This document shows, in pieces, positions 1-10,060 of a stretch of 64,000 bases of DNA. A program made the translations under genes and the position numbers. Position 1 is the stretch's first letter. Each line of letters starts with the position of its first letter. The notes beneath the pieces were generated by a model. That model had not been told where the DNA came from. It made no database searches and saw only the letters and a program-made list of their open reading frames with translations. The DNA is from an uncultured Planctomycetia bacterium (lineage in GTDB: Bacteria; Omnitrophota; Gorgyraeia; Tantalellales; Tantalellaceae), in the NCBI GenBank assembly GCA_964527555.1, contig CAZGOG010000006.1:276-64275 (forward strand), in the 5' to 3' direction.

Positions 1-93
1 TTTTACCAGTCTCCGTTTTTGCGATAAAACTTTTTGTCTTTTCCTGGCTCCTGTTTTTTTGGGGCGTTTCCTATAGTTCTTCCGGGGTTTCAT
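1..93 (-). CDS. Small very basic hypothetical protein, 5' part only (runs off the window edge)
   Basis: Manual translation: SD GAGGAG, then ATG at 93 giving MKPRKNYRKRPKKTGARKRQKVLSQKRRLVK, open to position 1. Confidence 0.55.
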   Translation of the reverse strand, partial: MKPRKNYRKRPKKTGARKRQKVLSQKRRLVK

Positions 94-203
94 TGCTATT
101 CTCCTCTTTTGTTAATACAAGAAACTCTCTTTCTGCTCACTCATTATACATAATACAGGCGCCTTTTCAACTCATTTTACTCACCTGAAAAGGCAAGCGC
201 CCC

Positions 204-1598
204 CTAACGCCCCTTCCACGAAAAAAGAAACGGATGCGCCTTTACCGCGATACTCATGATGCATATATCGTCTTTAAAGTTGCCCTCCTTAAACGCGTTC
301 AGATCCTTAAGCAGCTCCTTATTAAACGCATCCCTTTCCAGCGCATGGTTCTTCTCCAGAAACTTCTCCACTCTTGCGTTTCCGTACTCTTCGCCTTCGG
401 CATTTACCGTCTCGATAACCCCGTCGGTAAACAGCATCACCTTATCTTCGGGGGCTATCTCGAGGCGGTTCTGGTAAACACTGTCATCGTTATCCGGAAG
501 CCCCAAAAGGCTTGTCTGGCAAGCGAGCTTGTGAAGATGGGGCGCCCTCCTGCTATAAAGATACTGCGTCGGGTGTCCGTAGTTTGAATACACCAGGTGC
601 ATCTTCTTGAAATCCAGCATCCCGCAAAAGGCACTTAAATACATGCCGGAGCCTTCAAAGTCTTTCTTTATGAATTCATTCAGTTCCTTTAAGAGGGAAC
701 CCGGCTCTTTCCCTTCCTTTGCAAAACTTTCAAATTCCGCATGTATCCTGTTGACAAGCAGAGCCGACGGCACTCCGTGTCCCGTAACATCGCTTATGAT
801 AAAAATCAGTTTATTATCATGATCGATAAAGTTAAAGCGCACATAATCCCCCCCTATATAATATACCGGCAAGTACGTGACAGCTATATCAGCCTTATCC
901 GTACTAAGTGATCCCGGGATAAGGGTCTTGTGGACGCGTGTGGCCCATTCCAGGTCCTTCTGCATCATTTTGTTTTTGTTTTCAACTTTTTTAAAAAGTA
1001 TGAAATTATCTATGTCTCTCGCCGTCTCTCTGTTGCGTACTATCAGGCAAAGCGCGAAAGCCAGGCTGATGAAAAAGGCCCCGTCAATATATTCACGCGG
1101 GCTGAAAAGAACCTCATTCGCAACTGAGATATACTTGACAGTCAAAAAAGACCCGGTAAAAGCAAGGAGGTGCATAATCCATATCGGGACCGTCTCCCCG
1201 GGCCTCCACGGTATGGTTGTAGACACCAGAAAAAGCGTAAAGACGAAAAAAGAGGAGCTCACTATCGCCTCATCCTGAAACTCGACACTGAGCTGCATAA
1301 GAAGCACCAGAAGAAGCGCCGTAAAGAGGTACGCATTGAATTTAGCGATATAAAGCGTTTTTGCTCTATAATTCAGAAAAATAATCAGGAACCCGCTTAA
1401 GACCAAAGCGCTTCCCACGAAGATTTCCACGGGACTGAAACCATCCGGCTCCATTATGACGTCCATTAAAAGCGCACAAAAATATATGGCCATACTGAGC
1501 AGGCAAAAAAGGTATACCCTCGCCTTTATAAAAGATATCTGTTTCAGGCGAAACTCATCAATATATTCCGAAGGTATGTTCTCAATCGGCTTTAACAT
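204..1598 (-). CDS. Membrane-anchored PP2C/SpoIIE (RsbU-like) Ser/Thr phosphatase
   Basis: N-terminal TM helices; GGDY, ISDVTGHG, FTDGV and DDI motifs. Confidence 0.9.
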   Translation of the reverse strand: MLKPIENIPSEYIDEFRLKQISFIKARVYLFCLLSMAIYFCALLMDVIMEPDGFSPVEIFVGSALVLSGFLIIFLNYRAKTLYIAKFNAYLFTALLLVLLMQLSVEFQDEAIVSSSFFVFTLFLVSTTIPWRPGETVPIWIMHLLAFTGSFLTVKYISVANEVLFSPREYIDGAFFISLAFALCLIVRNRETARDIDNFILFKKVENKNKMMQKDLEWATRVHKTLIPGSLSTDKADIAVTYLPVYYIGGDYVRFNFIDHDNKLIFIISDVTGHGVPSALLVNRIHAEFESFAKEGKEPGSLLKELNEFIKKDFEGSGMYLSAFCGMLDFKKMHLVYSNYGHPTQYLYSRRAPHLHKLACQTSLLGLPDNDDSVYQNRLEIAPEDKVMLFTDGVIETVNAEGEEYGNARVEKFLEKNHALERDAFNKELLKDLNAFKEGNFKDDICIMSIAVKAHPFLFSWKGR

Positions 1599-1756
1599 AA
1601 TGATTTATACCGCACGGGCCCTTTCGTGTCCGTCTTTTTTGATATATAAAAATAACACATAAACACCTCTTCTTCAAGAAGTTTAAGTCAAAAGTGCGGG
1701 CCGCTGCCGCCAAATATATATTGCCGCGTATCTCTAGTTATGCTAAAGTATTGGAC

Positions 1757-2836
1757 ATGCTTGAAAAGATAAAAAAAGATATAGACAAAGAGCTGAAAAG
1801 CTTGCCGTCAATGGCCGATAGGGATTTTAATCTGAAATCCTCCAAGCTTCTTTATGCCGGCATCCAGGACTTCCTGAACCGAAACGGCAAAAGGATCCGT
1901 CCCATACTCTTCGTCCTCAGCTACCAGGGGTATACAAAAAGAAAGGATTTTTCCTATAAAAAGCTTATCCGCGCCTCTCTTTCCCTGGAGTTACTTCACG
2001 ACTTTTTTCTCGTCCATGACGATGTTATTGATAAATCCGCGCTTCGCCGCGGCAAGCCCACCCTTCACCGCTTCTTTAACAGTAAACTGGGGGTGTCTTC
2101 AAAAAACGAGATCGGCTCCAATTTGAGTATTGCCGCCGGCGACATACTATTCGCACTGGCGGTAAATACGCTTCTTTCCTTCGAAGAGGAGTCCTTCCGC
2201 AAGGAGAAAACCCTTTCCTTATTCACCAAAATAGCAGCCTCTACCGGAGAAGGCGAATTTATCGATGTGGTAAACAATATAAAAAAAATAGAAAAAATCA
2301 CAGAGAAAGAGGTCCTCTTCACTTATACACTCAAAACCGCAAAATATACTTTTGAAGGCCCCTTGCTTCTAGGGGCAACTTTAGCCGGGGCGAAAAAAGA
2401 GGAAATCCGCAAGCTTTCAAGATTAGGTATCACGCTCGGCCTGGCCTTTCAGATACAGGACGATCTTCTCGATGTATTCTCTTCGAGCAAGAGAATCGGG
2501 AAACCGGTCCTTTCCGATCTTAATGAATCAAAAAAGACTTTACTGGTATGGAAGACCTACAGGAACCTCTCTGCAAGCGGCAAAATAAGACTTAAGCGTC
2601 TCCTGAAAAAAAAGAAGAAGACTTATAGCGATCTTTTGTCCTTCAGGAAACTGATAATAAGTGCCGGAGGCGGGAAATACTGCCTGGCTAAGATCGCCTC
2701 TTTACTTCTAGAGGCTGATTCCATCTTATCCGAAGTGCGCATGAACCCAAAATACAAAGCTGCCCTAGAAAAGCTCAAGGAAGACCTTGCCGCAAAGACA
2801 GCTTTACTTGAAAAAACGATCCGGGAGAAATCTTAG
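1757..2836 (+). CDS. Short-chain polyprenyl (GGPP/FPP) diphosphate synthase
   Basis: GKRIRP, FARM FFLVHDDVID, RRG and SARM FQIQDDLLD motifs; start moved to the ATG at 1757. Confidence 0.9.
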   Translation: MLEKIKKDIDKELKSLPSMADRDFNLKSSKLLYAGIQDFLNRNGKRIRPILFVLSYQGYTKRKDFSYKKLIRASLSLELLHDFFLVHDDVIDKSALRRGKPTLHRFFNSKLGVSSKNEIGSNLSIAAGDILFALAVNTLLSFEEESFRKEKTLSLFTKIAASTGEGEFIDVVNNIKKIEKITEKEVLFTYTLKTAKYTFEGPLLLGATLAGAKKEEIRKLSRLGITLGLAFQIQDDLLDVFSSSKRIGKPVLSDLNESKKTLLVWKTYRNLSASGKIRLKRLLKKKKKTYSDLLSFRKLIISAGGGKYCLAKIASLLLEADSILSEVRMNPKYKAALEKLKEDLAAKTALLEKTIREKS

Positions 2837-2845
2837 CATATAAAA

Positions 2846-3688
2846 ATGAAAATAAATATTGCAAAAAGTTCGGGTTTCTGTTTTGGCGTACGAAGGGCTA
2901 TAGATATAAGCAAAAAATTGGCCGGGGGGGAAAGAGAAGTCTACGTCCTTGGAGACATAGTTCACAATACTTTTGTCGTCAAGGAGCTTGAAGAAAAAGG
3001 TATAAAAAAAATCAAACGGATCCGCCCTTCCAAGAACTCCATACTCATCATAAGGGCGCACGGCGCGCCTAAAATAACATTCGACAAAGCCAAAGCCTGC
3101 GGCTACAGGATAGTCGATGCGACCTGCCCCAAGGTCAAAGACATATACAAGATCGCCAGAGGCCTTGAAAAAAAAAGCACGATTATAATTATCGGTGATG
3201 CCGGTCATGACGAGGTAAAAGGCATCTCCGGGCAGCTTAAGAAAAAACCCATATTGGTGGAATCGGCCAGGCGTCTTCCGCTAAAGAGCCTTTCCCGCGT
3301 AAAAAAAGCCGCGGTCATAACACAGTCAACCCAAACCATAGACAATATAAACAGCATAATGAGCCGCCTTACGAAAATCATCCCGGAGATAACGCTTTAC
3401 AACACTACATGCCGGATAACCAGGGTCAAACAGAAAGAGATAAAGTCTCTGCCCAAAGAGAACGACATCGTGCTTATCATAGGGTCGAAAACGAGCGCCA
3501 ATACCAAAAGGCTTTACCAGATATCAAAAAGCATAAACAAGAAAACTTACTGGATAGAATGCGCGAAAGACCTGAAAAGAAGATGGTTTGAAAACGCCAA
3601 AAAAGCAGGTATAATGGCCGGCGCCTCTACGCCGGACCACATCACGGAAGAAGTCGTTGCAAAGCTTAAACAAATAGGTGAAAACTAG
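2846..3688 (+). CDS. ispH: 4-hydroxy-3-methylbut-2-enyl diphosphate reductase
   Basis: GFCFGV, IVHN, RAHG, DATCP, QST, NTTC and AGASTP motifs. Confidence 0.96.
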   Translation: MKINIAKSSGFCFGVRRAIDISKKLAGGEREVYVLGDIVHNTFVVKELEEKGIKKIKRIRPSKNSILIIRAHGAPKITFDKAKACGYRIVDATCPKVKDIYKIARGLEKKSTIIIIGDAGHDEVKGISGQLKKKPILVESARRLPLKSLSRVKKAAVITQSTQTIDNINSIMSRLTKIIPEITLYNTTCRITRVKQKEIKSLPKENDIVLIIGSKTSANTKRLYQISKSINKKTYWIECAKDLKRRWFENAKKAGIMAGASTPDHITEEVVAKLKQIGEN

Positions 3689-3696
3689 TAAAAAAC

Positions 3697-4254
3697 ATGT
3701 ATTTACTCATAGACAATTACGATTCTTTTACTTACAATCTGTACCAGGCCTTTGCCGCGGAAGGTATAAGCCTCGTGGTAAAAAGAAACGATAAAGTCAC
3801 CATAAAAGAAATCCGGGCACTTAAACCCGATAAAATCATAATCTCGCCCGGACCGAAAACGCCCGGTGAAGCTGGCATCTCGAATAAAGTCATTAAAAAA
3901 TTCGCGCCCTTTATCCCCATACTGGGGATTTGCCTGGGGCATCAGTGCATAGCGGAGAGTTTCGGGGGAAAAGTGGAACGGCTGGATAAGATCCTGCACG
4001 GAAAGACCTCGCTCATCTACCATGACGGCAGGAAAATCTTTAAAGGGCTCACCTCCCCTTTAGAGGGGGCTAGGTACCATTCCCTGACAGTTACCGGGGT
4101 GCCGAAAGACCTGGAAGTCACAGCATGGACCAAGGGCGGCGTCGTGATGGGACTCTCTCACCGCAAATACCCGGCAACAGGCCTACAGTTCCATCCTGAA
4201 TCGTTTCTTACTGAAAATGGCCGGGCCTTGATCAGAAACTTCATCGAGATATAG
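3697..4254 (+). CDS. pabA: Aminodeoxychorismate/anthranilate synthase glutamine amidotransferase component II
   Basis: IDNYDSFT, SPGP, GICLGHQ and QFHPES motifs; adjacent to pabB. Confidence 0.9.
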   Translation: MYLLIDNYDSFTYNLYQAFAAEGISLVVKRNDKVTIKEIRALKPDKIIISPGPKTPGEAGISNKVIKKFAPFIPILGICLGHQCIAESFGGKVERLDKILHGKTSLIYHDGRKIFKGLTSPLEGARYHSLTVTGVPKDLEVTAWTKGGVVMGLSHRKYPATGLQFHPESFLTENGRALIRNFIEI

Positions 4255-4255
4255 C

Positions 4256-5668
4256 ATGAAAGAATATCTTCCTAAAATAGCGAGCTCCCCCATAATCGAG
4301 AAAGTGAGTATATCCCGCTCGCCGGAGGAGCTTTTCAGCCATTACGCATATCTCGGGAACACATCGCTACTCAACAGTTCCCTTGAAACCGACGCCGCCA
4401 GATATTCGTTTATCGCCCTGGAACCCTTTCTCATTTTAACCGGGAAAAACAACAAACTCAGCTTAAGGTTTGAGGGCCATGAACTCAGGATTAAATCCGA
4501 TCCCCTCGACTGCCTTAGCTCTCTCATCGGCACCTACAGGACTAAAAACGCCACGCATTTTCCATTTACGGCCGGCTGCATAGGTTACCTCTCCTACGAT
4601 CTTAAAAATGTCATAGAAAACCTTCCGCAAAAAGCAAAGGACGATCTTTCTCTTCCGGACATATATTTTGTTTTCTATAGAACGCTTCTTATCCTTGACA
4701 AATCGAACCCTGGCGAATTTTATATAAGCATTCTGGATGCCGGTTCTAAAACTTTCAAAAAACCGCAAGAAACAATAAAAAAAATAAAAGAAACTGTTCG
4801 CTCCTCTCGCCCGGAGCTTTCGCAACAAGCCGCAAAAAGGCGGCGTAAACCTCTTTTAGAATCAAACTTTACAAAAGGCTCTTACATAAAAGCCATAGAG
4901 AAGGTTATAGACTATATACGTGCAGGCGACATCTACCAGGCGTGTCTTTCACAGAGATTTAAAACCCGATCCCATCAGTGGCCGTATCAGCTGTATCTGA
5001 ACTTAAACCGTATAAACCCCTCGCCTTTTAGCGCTTATCTCAATTTTGAGGGGGCGAAGATCATCTCTTCTTCGCCGGAACTTTTTTTGAGAATGCGCGG
5101 GGACATCATTGAAACCCGGCCCATGAAAGGCACGCGCAGGCGCGGACACGACGCCAAAGAAGACAAAAGACTCAAAGAAAACCTTTCTAAAAGCAAAAAA
5201 GATGCCGCGGAACTGGCCATGATAGTTGATGTCGAAAGGAACGATTTCGGCAAGGTCTCCCTCCCGGGTTCTATCAAAGTCACCGAACACAGGAGGATCG
5301 AGACTTACCCGACGGTACTGCAGACCATATCGGTTGTGAGGGGCGCGCTTAGGAACAACACAAGCCCCGTCGATATAATAAGGGCTGCTTTCCCGGGGGG
5401 ATCGATATCGGGATGCCCTAAAATACGCGCCATGGAAATAATCGACGAGCTGGAGCCGACCCAAAGGCACGTCTACACAGGGTCAATCGGGTACATAAGT
5501 TTTCACGATACAATGGATCTAAACGTCGCGATACGCACCATGACCATGAAAGGGAAAGACGTCTATTTCCAGGCGGGCGGCGGTATCGTATCTGATTCTG
5601 ATCCCCAAGCGGAATACAATGAAACCATCGTCAAAGCCCGCGCGCTGATGGAGAGCCTTCGGCTTTAA
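4256..5668 (+). CDS. pabB: Aminodeoxychorismate synthase component I
   Basis: Chorismate-binding motifs SPELFL, PMKGT (PabB-type), FPGGSISGCPKIRAMEII and GGGIVSDS. Confidence 0.88.
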   Translation: MKEYLPKIASSPIIEKVSISRSPEELFSHYAYLGNTSLLNSSLETDAARYSFIALEPFLILTGKNNKLSLRFEGHELRIKSDPLDCLSSLIGTYRTKNATHFPFTAGCIGYLSYDLKNVIENLPQKAKDDLSLPDIYFVFYRTLLILDKSNPGEFYISILDAGSKTFKKPQETIKKIKETVRSSRPELSQQAAKRRRKPLLESNFTKGSYIKAIEKVIDYIRAGDIYQACLSQRFKTRSHQWPYQLYLNLNRINPSPFSAYLNFEGAKIISSSPELFLRMRGDIIETRPMKGTRRRGHDAKEDKRLKENLSKSKKDAAELAMIVDVERNDFGKVSLPGSIKVTEHRRIETYPTVLQTISVVRGALRNNTSPVDIIRAAFPGGSISGCPKIRAMEIIDELEPTQRHVYTGSIGYISFHDTMDLNVAIRTMTMKGKDVYFQAGGGIVSDSDPQAEYNETIVKARALMESLRL

Positions 5669-6192
5669 CCTTCTTTATATATCGTCGTATTAGAGACGGC
5701 ATACACCAGGATATATCCTATAAACATCCCCAGACAGGCTCCGCTGGCGACATCCAAAGGAAAATGCGCCCCGCAGTATATCCTTGATATGGCTACGACA
5801 GTCGCAATGGTATAGAATATATACCATCTTCCAAAGCATTTTGTCAGGACAAACGCCGCCATAAAAGCCATTGTGGTATGCCCTGAGGGAAAAGCAAAAT
5901 CACCTGTTTTTAAAAGCATAGTGACATCCGTCAGTACCGCGTGGGGACGCGGTCTTGCTATAAGATGTTTTAAGACCTTGACTGTATTATAAGAGAAGGT
6001 TACACCTGCCATTAATATCACACTTGAAACCTTAACGCGGCTTCTTCTCGAAAGAAGCATGCACAGCGCAAGAACGAAAAGGAACTCGCCGCTTCCCATC
6101 TCTGTAAGTACCGGCATAAGAAAATCCAAAAGAGGGTTATGACAGGCTCGATTGAAAAAATAAAAAATACTCGTCTCAATATCCGCTAGCAT
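5665..6192 (-). CDS. PAP2-family phosphatase (undecaprenyl-PP phosphatase-like)
   Basis: KxxxxRPRP, FPSGH and SRIYCGAHFPLDV motifs. Confidence 0.9.
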   Translation of the reverse strand: MLADIETSIFYFFNRACHNPLLDFLMPVLTEMGSGEFLFVLALCMLLSRRSRVKVSSVILMAGVTFSYNTVKVLKHLIARPRPHAVLTDVTMLLKTGDFAFPSGHTTMAFMAAFVLTKCFGRWYIFYTIATVVAISRIYCGAHFPLDVASGACLGMFIGYILVYAVSNTTIYKEG

Positions 6193-6653
6193 AACTCATC
6201 CTTATGTTTTTTGAGCCTCTCTTTAAGTTCGTCTACCGACTCAAGCTTCTTTACCCCGGGAATATCCCAGCTTTCAAACCCATAAACTGCCTTGCCTTGA
6301 ATAAGAGCAAAACTTATTTCCGAAAGCGTGCCGTATTCACCCGCCAGCGCGACTATGACATCACCGGCCGCGGCGACCAAAGCATTCCTGGAGTAACCCA
6401 TACCGGTCGGGATAACGATATCAACGAACCGGTTTGCTTCCTTTTTATCCTCGCCGGGTATTATGCCAACAGTCAAGCCACCCGCTTTTTTTGCTCCCCG
6501 GCAAGCGGCTTCCATTATGCCTCCCAGGCCCCCGCAAACAACTACAGCCTGCATTTGAGCCGCCACCTGGCCTATTTGCTCCGCCAAGAGACGGGTAGGA
6601 TCATCACATTTATGGCCGCCAATTACTGAGACCAAAAATTTTCTATCCGCCAT
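6186..6653 (-). CDS. LOG/lysine-decarboxylase-like Rossmann protein (TIGR00725-type)
   Basis: CGGLGGIMEA, GIIPG, TGMGYSRN and GEYGTLSE motifs; start at MADRK (6653) after SD GGAG. Confidence 0.85.
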   Translation of the reverse strand: MADRKFLVSVIGGHKCDDPTRLLAEQIGQVAAQMQAVVVCGGLGGIMEAACRGAKKAGGLTVGIIPGEDKKEANRFVDIVIPTGMGYSRNALVAAAGDVIVALAGEYGTLSEISFALIQGKAVYGFESWDIPGVKKLESVDELKERLKKHKDELC

Positions 6654-6675
6654 AACTCCCCCTATTAACTTTGCG

Positions 6676-7509
6676 CTATATTCCAAGTGTCTTCAGGAAT
6701 TCATCTATCCTTTTCTTATATTCATCGGAATAAATGATTATCGCCTCGTTATGCCCTCCCCGCATGGGATAGAACTCCTTGACCCCGGAGGCTTTCTCGA
6801 ACAGCTTCTGGCCGTGATGAAAAGGTACTATCTCGTCCTCCCTGCTGTGAATAATAAGTTTCGGGACTCTAACACTTCCTATCTTGGAAAGTGTATCATA
6901 CTTCATGGTGATAAAAAACTTAACCGGCAGAAAAGGATATACCTCTTCGGCTATATCAAGCGTTGAAGTAAAAACGCCGTCAGAGATAACGGCGCATGCG
7001 TCCCTCTTGGTCGCCAGATCCAGCGCAACCGCTCCTCCAAGAGATTTACCGTATGCTATGATCCTCTCCTTGTCGATATCCGTCCTGGCCAGAAGACAAT
7101 CATACGCAGCCTGCGCGTCAAGGTACGTCCCCTTCTCTGAAGGCCAGCCGCGGCTTTTTCCATAACCGCGGTAATCAAATATAAAAACGTTAAGATCCAG
7201 ACTGTGAAATATCTCTATTATTTCAAACCGATGACTGATATTGCCGGCATTTCCGTGACAAAAAAGTATGGTCGCCCTTGCCGGCTGCTTGGCGGGTATA
7301 AACCATCCATTGAGTCTTATGCCGTCTTCCGTCTCAAAATACACATCTTCATAAGCTAAAGACTCGGCAAGCGGAGTTTTCTCTATATGCCTCGTGGGGA
7401 AAAATATGCTGCTTCGCTCAAACCATTTCGCGTAAAGTACCAGTAGAAATATCGCTATAACGGCCGTAACAACGTAATACATATTCTTTTTAACCCCTAG
7501 ACTGGTCAT
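6676..7509 (-). CDS. Alpha/beta hydrolase (Bem46/ABHD13-like) with N-terminal anchor
   Basis: HGNAGN, DYRGYG, GKSLGG nucleophile elbow, DEIVP and GGHN motifs. Confidence 0.9.
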   Translation of the reverse strand: MTSLGVKKNMYYVVTAVIAIFLLVLYAKWFERSSIFFPTRHIEKTPLAESLAYEDVYFETEDGIRLNGWFIPAKQPARATILFCHGNAGNISHRFEIIEIFHSLDLNVFIFDYRGYGKSRGWPSEKGTYLDAQAAYDCLLARTDIDKERIIAYGKSLGGAVALDLATKRDACAVISDGVFTSTLDIAEEVYPFLPVKFFITMKYDTLSKIGSVRVPKLIIHSREDEIVPFHHGQKLFEKASGVKEFYPMRGGHNEAIIIYSDEYKKRIDEFLKTLGI

Positions 7510-7529
7510 TAATATAAGAGGCTCTCAGA

Positions 7530-8657
7530 TTAAATCAGCTTACTGGCCATCTCTTTAACTATATTCGCTATCGCCGGAGCAGAAGTAAGCCCCGGGGACT
7601 CAATGCCTATAAGATTGATAAAACCGGTAAGACCCCTCTCCTCTTCGTGTCTGATCACGAAATCTTTAAATCCCTCACCGGGCGCCTGGAGTTTCGGTCT
7701 GACTCCCGAAGTATCAGCGGAAAGATCTTCTTTCCCTAGAAACGGCAGAAATCCTTTAACATCGTCATAAAAAACATCTCTTTTCGCCGGGTCGACAGTG
7801 TAGTTGATCTCTCTGGAACGCAAATATTCCGCATCAGGCCCAAGCCTGGCCTCGCCGGCTAAGTCAGGTGTAAAATGAATCCCCAGACTTGTATCGTCCT
7901 GCCGGCATACCGGGTAGACCAACTTTTTAACAAGCTTAGCCTTACCTGCCCCTATCCGGAAATAATCCCCCTTACAGTACGACAAAGTATACTCCTCATC
8001 TTCTATGCCGACCATCTTCGCCACGGTATCAGAATCAAGACCGGCACAGTTTATCACTACCTTTGCCGTAAAAGTGCAGTCCTCGCCGCTTGCCTCTGTA
8101 ATGACTACTTCATAACCGCTATTGGCCGGATGCACTTTTTTGACTTCCGACTTATAAAGAATATCCGCGCCCTTACTCTTGGCTTTCATAAGAAAATGTT
8201 TCATAAGAGCATGTGAGTCTATTATACCCGTCATCGGCAGGTATATAGCCTGGCAGGCTTCGACATTCGGTTCAAGGGCCTTAATCTCTTCCTTCTTGAG
8301 CATCTTAATATCCGCAAGCCCGTTTGTCATACCCTGTTTAAAAAGAGCCTCCAACGCCTCTATCTTAGAAGTATTCTCGGCAACAATGAGCTTCCCCGTT
8401 TTGTTATGGGGGATGTTATTAGCCTGGCAGATCCGGTAAAGAAGTTTATTACCATCTATACAGGTCTTTGCCTTTAACGAGTCCTTGGGATAATAAATGC
8501 CCGAATGGATAACTTCGCTGTTACGAGAGCTTGTTTCCTGGCCGAAAGAGTCGTGCCTTTCAAAAATAAAAACATCCCTCTTTTCTCCGGCTACGGCACT
8601 AGCCACCGCCAGCCCGATAACACCGCCGCCTATAATAGCGACATCTATTTTATACAT
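7530..8657 (-). CDS. FAD-dependent oxidoreductase, L-2-hydroxyglutarate oxidase (LhgO) family
   Basis: GGGVIG, TSSRNSEVIHSGIYY, LGIHFT, GVRPKL and GIESPGLTS motifs. Confidence 0.85.
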   Translation of the reverse strand: MYKIDVAIIGGGVIGLAVASAVAGEKRDVFIFERHDSFGQETSSRNSEVIHSGIYYPKDSLKAKTCIDGNKLLYRICQANNIPHNKTGKLIVAENTSKIEALEALFKQGMTNGLADIKMLKKEEIKALEPNVEACQAIYLPMTGIIDSHALMKHFLMKAKSKGADILYKSEVKKVHPANSGYEVVITEASGEDCTFTAKVVINCAGLDSDTVAKMVGIEDEEYTLSYCKGDYFRIGAGKAKLVKKLVYPVCRQDDTSLGIHFTPDLAGEARLGPDAEYLRSREINYTVDPAKRDVFYDDVKGFLPFLGKEDLSADTSGVRPKLQAPGEGFKDFVIRHEEERGLTGFINLIGIESPGLTSAPAIANIVKEMASKLI

Positions 8658-9091
8658 TTCTCATCTCCATTCCAATCATCACTTAATGCGCCAGTGGCAT
8701 CTTCTACAGCGGTTATCTTTATATCGGGCTCGTCGTGAAGAGTCCCGTGTATGGTGCACTTCTCGGCCGCGGCAATAATAGCTTTTTTGCGTGAGCCAAG
8801 TTCAGCATGGGGCGTTCTTAAAGATATGTCTATCTTTCCGATCCTTGTTTTCTTGTCATCAAACTTCCAGTCCAGTTCTATGGAAAGCCCTTCCGGGTCG
8901 AGTTTTGCCGTACGCATATACCCCGCGACATAAAGCCCTATACAACAACCAATAGAAGCTATAAATGCTTCCGAAGGAGTAGGCCCCTTATCCTCCCCTC
9001 CCTTCTCAAGCGGCAGATCCGTCACTATCTCATGAGTTCCCACCTTAGCTTTAAAGCTTCTATTACCCATAAAATCAACCCTTATGCTCAT
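8645..9091 (-). CDS. OsmC/Ohr family protein
   Basis: GGEDKGPTP..F..S.GCC motif and second Cys in KCTIHGTL. Confidence 0.85.
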   Translation of the reverse strand: MSIRVDFMGNRSFKAKVGTHEIVTDLPLEKGGEDKGPTPSEAFIASIGCCIGLYVAGYMRTAKLDPEGLSIELDWKFDDKKTRIGKIDISLRTPHAELGSRKKAIIAAAEKCTIHGTLHDEPDIKITAVEDATGALSDDWNGDEKCIK

Positions 9092-9141
9092 CTTTTGCCT
9101 CCTTAGCTAGACAGTTATTTGTTTTATTATATAATAAAGAT

Positions 9142-9996
9142 ATGAGTACTCAAAGATTCTTTTCGGTAATAATCCCTACCTTTAACAGAAAACCTTTTCT
9201 TGAGATAGCGGTAGATTCCGTTTTAGGACAAACCTTTAGCGACTTTGAGCTTATCATAATAGATGACGGCTCCGGCGACGGCACGAAGGAACTTATCGAA
9301 AGCTATAGCGACAGCCGTATAAAATACTTATATCAAAAAAATCATGGCGTCTCACACGCCAGGAACAGCGCTTTAGCCCTTGCGGAAGGAAAGTACGCAG
9401 CTTTCCTGGATTCTGACGACCGCTGGAAAAAAGAAAAACTTGAAGTCACGGCAAAGTATATAAAAAATTACCCGGGCATATATATTTTTCATACTGAAGA
9501 AATCTGGTACCGGAAGGGAAAACTCCTTCCCCAAAAGAAAAAACACCGGAAACCAACCGGACATGTCTATAAAAAGGCACTCGATCTCTGCTGCATAAGC
9601 ATATCAACCGCGGCTGTCAATAGAGACCTCTTCAAAAAGCTGGGAACATTCGATGAAAACCTCCAAGCATGTGAAGATTATGATTTCTGGCTGCGGGCGG
9701 CCAGTAAATATGAAGTGAAACTCATCCCGCAGCAGCTGACGATTAAAGACGGCGGCAGGTGTGACCAGCTCTCTTCAAGCGTATGGGGTCTTGACCGCTT
9801 CAGGATAATAGCGCTTGAGAAGATGCTTTCTTCCGGCACGCTGGAAAATGGAGACTATACCGCGACAGTTAAAAAATTCGAGAAAAAATGCAGGATATTC
9901 GCATCCGGCTGCCTAAAAAGAGAAAAACTAGAACTGGCTGAGTATTATAAAAACCTGCCTCGAAAGTACAGCCTGCTGGATAAGATTTGCGGGTAG
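9142..9996 (+). CDS. Glycosyltransferase family 2
   Basis: SVIIPTFNR, IIDDGS, FLDSDD and EDYDFWLR motifs. Confidence 0.92.
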   Translation: MSTQRFFSVIIPTFNRKPFLEIAVDSVLGQTFSDFELIIIDDGSGDGTKELIESYSDSRIKYLYQKNHGVSHARNSALALAEGKYAAFLDSDDRWKKEKLEVTAKYIKNYPGIYIFHTEEIWYRKGKLLPQKKKHRKPTGHVYKKALDLCCISISTAAVNRDLFKKLGTFDENLQACEDYDFWLRAASKYEVKLIPQQLTIKDGGRCDQLSSSVWGLDRFRIIALEKMLSSGTLENGDYTATVKKFEKKCRIFASGCLKREKLELAEYYKNLPRKYSLLDKICG

Positions 9997-10014
9997 CTCC
10001 CGCCTGTTTTTTTT
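9989..10014 (+). terminator. Probable intrinsic terminator after the GT2 gene
   Basis: GCGGG-TAGCT-CCCGC hairpin followed by CTG and a T8 run. Confidence 0.5.
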
Positions 10015-10060
10015 GAGAATTTTAGCGGTGAGAATCCTTCGTTCCAGTCTTCCTTAATTG

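Noticed and set aside
4256-5668. Anthranilate synthase TrpE
   Set aside because: It has PMKGT rather than PIAGT, SPFSAY rather than NPSPYM, and no other trp genes lie nearby.
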